A stretch of DNA of 64,000 bases, from contig CAJNYD010000549.1 in assembly GCA_905331295.1 (NCBI GenBank), positions 62,001-126,000 on the forward strand. The letters run 5' to 3'. The notes beneath the pieces are model-generated. The model was not told the origin of the DNA. It did no database searches and saw only the letters and a list, made by a program, of their open reading frames with translations. Below, one piece after another: positions 40,626-52,446 of this stretch. Every line of letters starts with the position of its first letter. Within the stretch, counting starts at the first letter, position 1. Made by a program: the position numbers and the translations under genes. Source of the DNA: Rotaria socialis (Eukaryota).

Positions 40626-41447
40626 GGGGGGGGTCCAAATTTCTACCCTATATACTTCCACAGTCCTTTCAGATCATGTTTCACAAAATTCATGTAAAAA
40701 TGTTACGGATAAAAAAGATTAAAATTTGATAAACTAAATTGATTATGATTCATGGAGATCGCCGAATATCAGCAGAAGATTTTTCATAAGTCACCAACAA
40801 AATCAATTAAAATCGATTTTTTTATCAAATTTTGATGAATTGTAATAGAAATTAATCGGAAAATGAGCGTATGGTTGTAGCTAAACAGAAAAAGGTCGCT
40901 CCGACTCCGCTCCAGCTTCACCGTTCTGATAAGTCGCTCAGCTTCGCTCCGGAATCGGAGCTGCCCATCTCTGGCTGCCAGACAATTCAATACAAAATAG
41001 ATATAAAATATTCAAAGTTCCATCTAGCTATTCACTATCGTTGTAAAATAAATAAACAAATAAATAAATATCACTACTGGACTTGACATAATCAAAATCT
41101 ACTAGCTATGACAATACATACCAGAATGACAATGGCCAATTGATCGATTTTTGGATGTTCGAAAAACAGTTACAACTTTCTAATTGAATTATGTATAGAC
41201 ACTTACATGCGTAGATTGAAACAACTCTGTTTGCTCTACCAAATGATTGTTTGAACTTAAACTCTAGTCTATAAATTTTTCAGAGTATCCTTTTGAAAAT
41301 ATCAAATGAGAACGGATCAATACTGCTCTACTGTTTAGTTGATCAATTTTTGCATAGAATGATAAACACATCTGTCCTCTTCCGAGCAGAGAAAACTATC
41401 AATACCTGGCTATTCTTTCTTCGACTATTCCTGTATTTTAAAAATAG

Positions 41448-41597
41448 CAGGGCAGGGCAGGGCAGGCTACAGGTTACAGTAGAAAGTGTTAGGGTATGGT
41501 ACGCAACAATGTTCACAGGGCAGGGCAGGATTAGGTTACAAAAACATTTACAGGGCAGGTTACAAGTTATACAAATCCTGCACCCTGCAGCTCTCTA
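41448..41597 (-). mobile_element. One-ended TIR transposon remnant with CAGGG subrepeats
   Basis: Repeated CAGGG/CAGGTTAC motifs ending CCTGCACCCTGCAGCTCTCTA (TAGAGAG... terminus on the minus strand). Partner end not found. Confidence 0.45.
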
Positions 41598-42364
41598 TTC
41601 TCAATAGCTATTATTCAAAAAAGTAAAATTTATTTAAAACTTTTAGAAAAACTCAATATTTAAACGTAATTTCTTGAACATTGTTTGTTTTTTATAGAAG
41701 TATTTATGATGGAATATTAATATATGATTTAGCTTTTAATCAACACTTAGTTTTCTATAAATACAAATTCCAAGAACAAATCTTGAACTAAGAATATCGA
41801 AGCTATCTTTTAAAATAATATTCTCAAGATAGATGTCTCCTAAATTATGGTGTAGATTCCAAGAGAATCCTATTCAAATCTAGAATAAATTATTCTTATA
41901 ACTAAAATTTATTAAAACTAATATCCGTTTACTTTTAACATATATGAAAAGCAAATATATTATTATATAGAAAGAAAACAATCGATTGATCTATTTATTA
42001 TATTAAATTCACTTGTGTTTTTTTATCTTTTTTATTTGAAAATTTCAATTCGAACAAATTCAAGATGGATCAAAATCGAGAATCCATGAAATAATTAATC
42101 ATTTTTTTAGTGTCAATAATATTTATCATCAAGATTTAAAGTAGCTAAGTCAAAATTGCAAAATAATCTTTTTTTTTCTTATTCTTCTCAATGTTAAATA
42201 CGACATTTGACTTGTAAATAAAATTCCAATGTGCTGTATCTTATCATGAATTAACTAAATGCTCAAATTCATTATTCGAATCTCAATGATGAATATTCTA
42301 TTCAATGAAAATTGATCAGTTAGTTTGATGATGTTTCTTTCTTAACATATTTGTTTCGCGTCTT

Positions 42365-42879
42365 CTTGATTGCGGACGTTTTTTCTTAATTGTTGGAAAA
42401 AAACATCCGCAAAGTAGAAACAGGGGAGAGAGACAAAAATAGTCGCAGAGTGGAAAATGTCCGCAAAACAGAATCGGGGGGAAGAGAGCAAAAAATGTAC
42501 GCATTGTGGAATCAAAGGAAAATTGATATTTTAAGATGATTTCCATTGTGAAAGATGATAACTTTTCTCCAATTTCCACACAATCTAATAAAGACCGTAT
42601 AGTTTTTAAAAATTATCATTTTGGAATGAATCTTGATTATCAACCTAACACAGTTAGTTGTTCAACTATTCTTCATAAATGATTTTTCTGTATTTTTTTC
42701 ACCTAATAAATCTTGTCTTGATTCCATAATGCTGACATTTTTTTCTCTCCTCCCGCCCCGATTCTGCTTTGCGGACATTTTCCACTCTGCGACTATTTTT
42801 GTTTCGCTCCCTCTGTTTCTACTTTGCGGACGTTTTCTCTTAATTGGAGGAATAAAATGTCCGCAATCAAGCTGTAGCC
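42365..42879. mobile_element. MITE with ~135-bp terminal inverted repeats
   Basis: 42365-42500 is an imperfect reverse complement of ~42735-42871. The right end is ...CAATCAAGCTGTAGCC; the left outermost bases are missing. Confidence 0.8.
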
Positions 42880-43991
42880 ATTTGTTTACAATGATACTAT
42901 TTTTGGGTTCAAGTTTCTATTAAAATCGAATTACTCGAAAACATTCGATAATATTTTAGAAGATGAATGATATTACTATATAAAATGTCTGATTACTGAT
43001 ATTTGGCTTTTGAGTAGATTTTCAGTTTGGATAAATTTAATTTTCAAATGATTTTTTTTCTTTCTTATGGATTTTCTATTTGTTATTTAATTAAATGAAA
43101 ATTGGAAATAAAATTCCATAAGGTAGAAAGAAAAAAAAAGACAATCTTTATGATAAAAATAAATTTGGATATAAAACAAATCTAAATAATCTGATGAGAA
43201 ATAAAATTGAAATACCTTTTTGCTTCTGATATTTTTTATTTGATGTCACTGGATTTTTAATGTTAATAAGAGAATAATTATTCCGATGAGATCGAATTTT
43301 GTTTTGATGAGATTTGACGAAAATTTGTTAAAGAAATCTTTTTTCTTTTTTAATAATGAATAAAAGCGTTAATTAGATTTTATAGATGAAAATTAATATT
43401 AATTTTCTCTTCTTTTAGAAAAGTACTCCGTCGTCGTAGTAGTATAAGCTATTAAATAGCTTTACTTTTATATTTAGTTGAGAAAGTAACGGATAAAGGC
43501 TGCCACCATAAAAAAAAAGGGATTTATGTATTGCTGTTATAATTTTCTGGCCTCGGGTTCGTCCTATATTTCCTATATTTAAAAAAATCCCTATTTTTTC
43601 TCGTATATTTCGATAAATTTTCCTGTATTTCCTATAAAAATGAAAAAAAAGTAGAAAATCGCTAAAAAACGCTCTTGTTTTAGTATAATTTTCATGTTTT
43701 TTAAATAAATCTATTCGATAAATATTGATTCTTTTGTATTCTTAGAACTTTTTTTACAGGGACTCTATTTTATTTACAATTTCTTTTCACATTATCAAAC
43801 GGACTAAATGAAAAGAACTGACTATTTTAAGTAAAGATATTCAAACAAAGTAAAATAGTCTTTATAAATAGTTGTATGTTTTCTAAAAGCTTTTATTGTT
43901 GCCTACCATATGCAGTTACGTAAATGGTTTTGTTCAAGCGTATTGCTGTGACCTTTTTGACACACTTTGTTTTTCATTATCTTGGAAATTG

Positions 43992-44517
43992 CCCACCCAG
44001 GAGGATCATCCTGCCGTCTGAAAGGCCATCGGACACGGCTATAAAACGACAATAAAACGGCATTAATTTTCACCCTATTTCGCCGTAATCCGTCAACTCG
44101 TTTTACGGGCCGTGTTTTTTGCTAGAAAACGGCCATCGCTTTTAACACCATTCTCTTCGTTTTCCGAGCTGACGGGAAACGGCGCCGTTTTTTAACGCTT
44201 TACATCGCTTTTATGCTGTTTCAGGCCGCTTACGGGCCGTTTTCTTTCACCTTGGCAGGTCGAGCATTACGGCTACCAGAAACGGTCGTATACTGCCGTT
44301 TCTCACCGTAAATGGCCGTAACTTGACGTTTTGGTATGCACCGTATTACGACCTTAATTAATCGTGTCGTAAACGGTTACTAACGACCGTAATGTGGTCG
44401 GATATTTCCGTATCCGATCGTTTATGGCACGATACAAAGCGACCGTAATACGGTGCATACAGAACGACGTAAATTATGGTCAAACGGCCGGGTACGACAC
44501 AAGTTGGTCGACCTGGG
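43992..44517. mobile_element. CCCAGGTCGA MITE (related to the 37770 copy) split by a nested insertion
   Basis: CCCA[insert]CAGGTCGAGCATTACGG ... TTGGTCGACCTGGG; TACGG/CCGTA subrepeats. Confidence 0.75.
43996..44255. mobile_element. CCCAGG MITE inserted into the TIR of another MITE, 2-bp TSD (CA)
   Basis: Ends CCCAGGAGGA / TTTCACCTTGG, with CA on both sides (43994-43995 and 44256-44257); AACGG/CCGTT subrepeats. Confidence 0.7.
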
Positions 44518-45334
44518 ATATTAACGAAATATCTTGGCAATAGATGGCCAGTTTTTACTAAAAAACCTCATCTTCAATGCAACCATAAGTAGGAACATAT
44601 AAGCATTCTAGTCTCTCACCATTGTTACACCAATATTGAAGCATGTCAGACGCTTACTAGCAGTGACTCTTTGATTTTTAATGTAGAATACCGTTCTCTT
44701 TTATAGTCAATTTCGGATATTTGTTTTCTTTCCTCCCAGGACAAACAAAAGAAATCGCTGAACGACGTTCAGAGTGCCTAGATAAAATTATGGGATTAGT
44801 TGTAAATGGCGGTATTGATACAGAAACTGTACTCAAAACTGTGGAAGAATATAAAGTTCCGCCGCCATCTAAACAGTAAGTTGTCATTTTTTTGTGTTTT
44901 GATAAAAACAACAACAACAATAAAGATGAATACTGTTTAACGCTATATCATAAGTGAACTTATCATATTCTCTAGCTTTAAACAAGAGCTAAGAATAGTG
45001 CTGATCCCATGATAGAATTAGAGACGAATGGATACATTGGATCTGCATGTCTTTTTTTTCTTACAACAAAGCGAGAACTTCATCTGAAGTGTTTGATTCT
45101 GGTTTTAATACTTTGCGCTGTCAAGAAGTAAGTATGCAACGCATCGTTTTATAAAGATATAGAATTTGAAGAGAAACTAATTGGAAATAAAATAGGTAAT
45201 TGATTTACGAATTTCATGTTAATCATCTATTTTTTTATGTGGATATAAACAAATAAAATAGAGACGATATAAAATATTATTTCAATGATCCTTGTCAGTT
45301 TTTAAAAAGATTGAGTTGGATAAAGTTTACTAAT

Positions 45335-45398
45335 TTGAAGGGCGTGGATGTGTTGTTGGATCATATACTCTTTCTATCATCCATGTCCACACCTTCAA
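45335..45398. repeat. Short imperfect inverted repeat (possible tiny MITE relic)
   Basis: TTGAAGGGCGTGGA ... TCCACACCTTCAA. Confidence 0.4.
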
Positions 45399-48385
45399 TA
45401 AAGACTAAAAATATCGATTCATAAAATGAAAACATATCAACAAGAATTTATTTATCTACTTCATTTTTTACGAGAATTGGTCTCTGTTGTAACAATCATA
45501 TCTAGATTTTCTAAAGTAATTAGAATAAATTGTCACTAAATATTAGCTGCATATACTGATACAAAATAGGTTAAGTAAAATATTTCTAGTGAACATTATT
45601 GTTGTTTGCAAAAAACAATCAATTTTTTCATGAAAACCATCAGTCTCATTTATTTCGTGCATTTGTGCGCTAATTTCTGTTTGGCTTATTAATCTGTATT
45701 TCATATTCTATGTTTTATTATGATTTCAACCATTGGCTTAAATAGTAAATAAGTCGGTTAAAGTATTACCAATCATACTTCACTCATTGAAGTATCAAGG
45801 AAGACTTTAAAATGTTTTAAATTAGTCTAAATCTGGTTGATGATGCCATTTAATGTCTTTTCTCTTGACTAGGAAAATCATGCTCATTGGTTTCTGGCCG
45901 ACCTTTAAACTATGTCGTTGGAGTCCTTTCTTTAAAGATTTCATCTATTCCACGGCTGTTAGCTTTGCCATAAAATCTATGTCTTGAATTCAGACGAAAG
46001 TAACATTTGCATGGATCATTTATGTCAATGGTTCACTTGTCCAATGATTATGTTGCATTTCACGTATTATGATATTCGATTATTTGCAGGCTAAATAATT
46101 GAATGGACTCTGTCTGTTAGAAATTCATTTGGAGTGCCATCACGAAACTCATCTTTCATTATAAGTATTCTATGAATTATTTATGTTTAATGTGTTATTT
46201 GATTAAAAAAAGTGTGTGTTTAGTTGTTGACTAAAGCGAATAAATTATGTGAATGACACTTCCGTAAAATTTTAAATAAACTTTATCATCGTCAAACATA
46301 AGATGCATTGCAAGCGCTTATTGTTCATTGAAAAGAATACTTGCAGAACACGTTTGAAGGAAAAATTCGTCTCTTGTATAATATTTGTCATATGATCGAT
46401 TTTCATTATCGCCACTCTAGTTCCAAATGTCTAGACTCAAGTGAATATACTTTTTGAATATGATGAATCAAATTTATGAATCATTTAAATATCATCCAAC
46501 TTTATGTTTTATCGTCAAAACTCACTGATATTCCACAATAAACAATATATTTGAATGTGAGGTTGATTCGAAAGATTGATTTGTTGTGTCATATTTTAGT
46601 TGGCTTGAATTTCATGACTATTTTCAACAAAAATGAGAAAGGCGTACGGAATATTTGTTGTTTGTGCACCATTCAAATACGTAACTAGCAATCTTTACTG
46701 AGTTGGAATCTCACATCGTCATGATTTCGTGTCTCTCTTAATTTCAAAACCAACTATGGTATTAAGCTTTCAAAAACCATTCAATCAAATTCTAGATAGC
46801 GAATATAAAATTAAGGATTTACAAAATAGCACATATAAGAACGGACGTATAACTTTAACCATTCAATACTTTTGTACTCTTAGGTCGTATTGACTATTTA
46901 GTAGATGCTAAATTGCTGCTTAAGAAGATATTCGTATCGGTCCTTTTACGTATGTACATGAATACAACACATCGAGTATAAACTGATAAAACTATATGAA
47001 TCGAAGTTTTGTAAAGATTACTCGTGTACGATATAATCGAGACTTGCATTATCAGCGATCATCGTTGATGAATTTCACTAGCAATAATCGAATGCAAGGC
47101 TCTTATAAATAATGTTTTTATTTCGTAATCACCGAGTACTTGATAGACATTCAGTCTCTAATGTGAGACGGACAGAATATGTGAATCGAAATTTAGTCAG
47201 ATCTATTTTTTTTTTCGTCAACGATCATTGTAGACTTATTTAATCTTTATCCTCTGATGTGAATCTAATTTTTTTTTTAAGAAGGATGAACGTCGGATGA
47301 ACTTTCAGTCTCATATTCAGAGTGATCAACATATCTGTGAGTAGAAAAAACGACAGTTCTTCGTGAGCAAAGATCAACGCGTGTGAATAGAAGTTTCGTA
47401 AGAACTGTTCATTTTTCTTATGATTGATGAACACTTTATGAATGTTTTGGGTCTGGCATGAATAGAGTTATGTATAAAATTGTACCTTATTGAGAACTGT
47501 TCGCTTGCTTCATGATTGATGTACATCTACTGAACTGTGGTTTCGTTGTAGTAAACGCTCCATTTTATGGAAGGAATAGTTTGTTAAGTATGATCAATCT
47601 TGGTGCGATCTCAAGTCTTATTCGAATCTGCATATCAATATATAAGAAAAAGAGCAATTTCATAATAGAATATTCAATAATTCATATATGTAGACTTCTA
47701 TAATGAATAATATAGCAGCTGGTTCACACGAACTTGCCCACACGAGTTACTTTCAAATAATTTCTTTTTATTATTTCTTTTGTAGGAAATAACAATCTGG
47801 TATTGACATGCAGATCAATGCAAAGAAGCAGCAATTTTATGAAAGAACTTGATTCTCATGAAAACCGTTCATATTCTATCACTTTATTGTTCAATATTAA
47901 TCTATATGATCTTCATGCAATTTTTTCTCTCTTATGTTAAATAAATACTATAGTCAATCTTAATCTCGTTTTTCAAATGTAAACGAGTATATCGTCAGAA
48001 TAAGGAATCGATAATGTCACCTAAATACTGAGCACGTAGTTTTGGTTTGTTTTAGGTAGTCATTTGTTTCAAAACTGATCATCAAATATTCGTCAGAAAT
48101 CAATGAACTTAAATTCGTCTATATTCTTTGTTTCGAGACAGCTGTGATGATTTCACACGATTATTCAGCAAATAATAAAGAAGTGCTCTTGAATTCAATG
48201 AAATAATCCAGTACTATATAATTATCTTCTTATGTTTCAATTGATGGTTTAAGTGGACCATAAATTTTAATTGGATGGCATTGAACTGTAAAATGATATT
48301 CATTTCATATACAGACAGTGCCTTAATCATTACGCAACGTACACTGAACGACATTCAAATATTGCTATACTCAATCGATGGTTAA

Positions 48386-48877
48386 TTATTGATCGTGATC
48401 GACAGAGTTGGGGNTGATTTTTGAATTGGAATTAGTTTTCGTTATTGCTTTGACTGGTACTGTCTTTTGTATTGGATTAACAAATGAATTCTTATTAATA
48501 GAAGGATAATGAAGTGATAATAACGATGATGATGATGATGATGATGATAATGACGATGTATATTTCTGTGTTGGTACAAGTGAATTCGACCGATTTTTTA
48601 TTACACTAATATTTTCATAATCACGACGTTTTGTTTTTAGTGATGAAGTAGGCATTGTTAAATGAATATTTTCTATTGACGATTGATATCGTTTATGATT
48701 ATTTGATATTGTTCGTGTTAATGTCCATGTTTGTTCTTGTTCGTACGAACTCAAATATGGATAATTCTTTTTGTTAACATTTACAATTGAATAATACGTA
48801 CATCTTTGCCGAGCTTGTATTTTATCACTATCATGTACTGATTCTTTTGTAAACCATTCAACTTGTTCGCGTGGCAT
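48386..48877 (-). CDS. Uncharacterised Ser-rich ORF (163 aa); 3' end uncertain because of the N at 48414
   Basis: Long open frame for AT-rich DNA, ATG start, composition like other low-complexity proteins here (DYENI motif, poly-Ser), and promoter-like (GA)n upstream. No domain recognised. Confidence 0.5.
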   Translation of the reverse strand: MPREQVEWFTKESVHDSDKIQARQRCTYYSIVNVNKKNYPYLSSYEQEQTWTLTRTISNNHKRYQSSIENIHLTMPTSSLKTKRRDYENISVIKNRSNSLVPTQKYTSSLSSSSSSSSLLSLHYPSINKNSFVNPIQKTVPVKAITKTNSNSKIXPNSVDHDQ

Positions 48878-49643
48878 CTCGATTGCAAGATGGCGGCGTT
48901 AATCAAACTGAATCCTCTTAAATAATATGTAAGTATACACACACCTACAAGAATTGTTCATACAATGAAGACCGATAGAAATAGAAATAGGAGCCTCTCT
49001 CGCCTTCTTCCCTCACCCTCTCTCTCTCTCTCTCTCTCTCTCTGTCGATTACGACCTTAGAGGGAGAGATTTTTCGTTTTCTTTTTTATTTCAATCCTTT
49101 TCCTTAATATAAAAGTATACATTATAATGTACCAAAAATCATCATATGACTGAAAAAAAAAGGGTATTCTGAAGTAAGTAGTACAATTACCTACATCCTT
49201 ATACATTACAGAAGAAGAGAAAAAGAAAAAAAACGATGAACAAGTACACTGGCTGGACACGTATTAGCGAAGGACGCCCTACAGCGAGACACAAGTTCAT
49301 ATACTTTTTCTTTTTTCCTACTTAAAAAAACATTCAACCATATGTATATATTTTATGACTAAACAGTATAAAGTCAAGAAGGACATTTCATTTTTCTTTT
49401 CATAAAGATAGACAGATTTCATTCCGTATGACATGTATACATTTATTTGTTCTCGATAATAATGAAACACAGAAATGTACAAAAAAAATCACTAGAACAA
49501 GGTCGACTGCGATTGATTGGTCAAACATAATAAGAGTATATATTAGAGACAAGAGGTAGGGATTAGGGATAATATAAATAATGAAATCAAGATTTTGCTA
49601 GTAAGAAAAAAAAATAGAAGCAAAGACATTCTCAGAATTAATT

Positions 49644-52360
49644 TTAAGCAGTTGTAATTGAATCTTTTTCCATTTTAATCATATTGCTATTTTTTTCTGT
49701 ACATTTTCGTTCGAGTTCAAGCAATTCTCTATTAAAAATATAAATTAATTTTTTTTATAATAAAAATACAAATTTACTGTCTTAGTTTATTGACATAAGA
49801 ACGAAGTTGTAATTCTTTTTCTTTAATAATTAAATACTCATCCCAAGCTTCCTGTTGAGGAATTTGATTTTCGTAAAAACGAAGATACAAACTGCGCCAG
49901 AGAATCTACAAGAAAATTTCATGTTAATTTTTGAAAGATAAATATATTAAAATCACTTACAATACTTTGTGCAGCTACACTTGGCCATAAAACATTTAAA
50001 TTCGGTTCATAGAATGGATTTAAAAACGTGCGCAGTATTTCAGGTCGATTAAAATAAGACCAAAGGGAAACGGTTTTTTTTACAGCATTATATTTAGTTT
50101 TCTCTTTTTCATTATTAAATATAAACGTTCCTGGGCAATGAAATGAAATGAAATTAAAATTTTTCTTTTTTCTATATTTAAAATTTTATTTACCAAATTT
50201 CGACGAATAAGTATGTTCGAATAATTGTATGAGTAAAGTGTCATTGAATTCAAATGAACAAGCAAACTGTTGTAAAAGCTGTAAAGATATTTTTATTTAT
50301 AATAAAACCAAGTAAATTCAAATGCAAAAAGGTTCTTCTTACCTGCCAAGTGCAATCAAGAAAAAGTGTAAATAGAGGTGATTCTTGTCCACGACTACTT
50401 TTACCGAATGCTGATCGTGCACAACGTGAACGAAATTGATGTCCAGCTTGAATCCATTCACGCTCAATTAATGCTTCAAAACTAAAACAAAACAATTTCC
50501 TATTTTTATTCACAGCAATAAAAAAAAGTTCATAATTTATACCCGGTTATTGTACGACAATCAGGATGGAGTAGTACCTGAGCTAAACTTGTTACTAACA
50601 ATGTTGTATCCCATCCATCACTGCCATGAACAAGAACCGATGTTTCTAATAAATAATTATCCATGATTACTATTGAAAATTTCTATTAATTTTACCTTCA
50701 CGATCGATTGTTTGTGCAACAATACAGGCTACTGTCAATGCTTCTTTGACATGAAGTAACCAATTGCTATTTTCTAATTTTGATAACCATCGATCTTTTT
50801 CCGATTGATCAATACACGCTAAATATTAAAATGAAACTATAAAAATAATTGCTTAATTTTAATTCTATTCCTTATACCATCAATAAATTTCATGAACGAT
50901 TCTTGTAAAACAGTATGTTTATCTAAATGTCGATGAAGACGTTTCCAAAGTGCATAGTGTTGTTCGGGCTCACATCCACCGCCTTCAAAATCAATGAGTA
51001 AGAATCAATAGAAAAGAAATAGTAGTTTACCTTTGCTTTGTGCAAGTTTTACTACATTCGGATGTCGTGTATCAAGGATCCATCCTTTTTTATGACGTTG
51101 AATAAGCATAGAATTAACAAGGGCTTCATCTTCTTTACAACGACGTACACTTGCACCAATAAGTGGTTGTGCACATCGAATGATACACGATTTAGATGAC
51201 TTATGTAAATAACATAAAACTGGAAAACGGCCATGACTACGAAACTCTGCTGATCGTTTAAGTTGATCATCACTAACTGATTTTGGTACAACTAATCGTT
51301 CGGAATATGTTTCGCAAACCTAAAGAAAAGTTTCGTTTAATGCGAGTGAAAAATCAAAATATAAAAGTACCGCAAAATTTTTGTTCACATCACTAATTCG
51401 CCATTCATCGCTTATTGCTTGTAAACGACTAAATTCGGATTCGACAGAAAATGCTGTCCAACCATCTTGTATAACTTCGAAATCACGCGGAAAATAGAAT
51501 GGAAATAAAAATGTTACATCAAATGTTGGGCCATCTGAAAATAACAACAAAAACATACAATAGTGTGAATATAGAAAAAACTACAGATCAAAAAAAACTA
51601 TAATACCTTACAGAGAGTTCAAAATTTTCGCTCACTCTCTCTCTATATATCTTTCATAAAAGTTTCTTATTCTACAATACTTATGCGAATTTCAATCAAA
51701 ACGATATATCCTTGATTTCAATTTCATATTGTTCTATCAAGTTCGGTGATTCACTATTTATTCATGTGATGAAATTAGTTTTAATCAAAGTTCTACTATT
51801 AGGATACCAACTATTTCGATAGACGTTTCTGTAGTCATCTATTACGAATCATGATTCATTACTGCTTTTACTTAAGGTAAACATCAAAATATTCGTTAAG
51901 ATAGCCGAATTAAATGATGTCAAAATTTATAAATGGTTTGTACCTGTATGCGCAATAAGTGCATCTAATGATTCAGCTAGTTTTATTGCTTCGTCCAAAA
52001 CCGAAATGTCAAAATGGCATGTTTCTAATGTTTTCAGGCGTAGTGTTATCGTATACTTGGAAGATAATGAAGGTGACGTGGGCAATTGAGAACGAAATTC
52101 ATTTTTCATCGGAAATTTCGTTTGGATCCCATCCATATTAGTATAAAATATCTATAGAATAATGTACGGTTAACGAGTTATTTTATTCGCAAAAAGCAAA
52201 ACACTCATACCCATAGTTCTTTAAGCTCTCCATCAGGTTGTTTAAGTGATACTATAACATTGTGCAAAGTAATATTGAGTATTGATTCCGGATACGATTG
52301 TAGATGGTCACGAAAAACAAAATTTCTGACACACGGAATTTTAATAAGATCTGTAACCAT
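49644..52360 (-). CDS. MTMR9: Myotubularin-related protein 9 (catalytically inactive)
   Basis: Multi-exon. N-terminus MVTDLIKIPCVRN..KELW, WRISDVNKNFAVCETYSERLVVP, FRSHGRFPVLCY, IRCAQPL, pseudo-active site LVHGSDGWDTTLLVTSLAQV, FEALIEREWIQAGHQF, ESPLFTLFLDCTWQ, and a C-terminal coiled coil. Confidence 0.92.
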
Positions 52361-52446
52361 CTAAAAAGAATGTACTGGCATTAACAAAAAAAAACAGAAG
52401 CAAAACAAAATAGTATATGCTATTTTCTTTTTTTTTTTCTTCAATT

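Larger units (their letters stand above)
39240..40973. mobile_element. Non-autonomous hAT-like element carrying nested insertions
   Basis: 12-bp perfect TIR CAGAGATGGGCA / TGCCCATCTCTG, CTCCG/ACTCC subterminal repeats at both ends, and flanks GCTGCCAC / GCTGCCAG (7/8 match, 8-bp TSD). Confidence 0.8.

Noticed and set aside
42316..42923. Two similar opposing ORFs (LFCGHFPLCDYFCLSPLFLLCG)
   Set aside because: They are chance translations of the two arms of a MITE inverted repeat.
44678..44920. 80-aa minus-strand ORF next to the MITE cluster
   Set aside because: No recognisable domain or splice support; it cannot be distinguished from a chance ORF.
45682..45700. GGCTTATTA resembling the start of the rotifer spliced-leader exon
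   Set aside because: The match stops after 9 nt, with no following donor or Sm site; not an SL RNA gene.
50590..50645. Missing catalytic Cys/Arg in the myotubularin, suggesting a pseudogene
   Set aside because: HGxxGxDxT is the normal pseudo-active site of the MTMR9 subfamily, and the reading frame appears intact.
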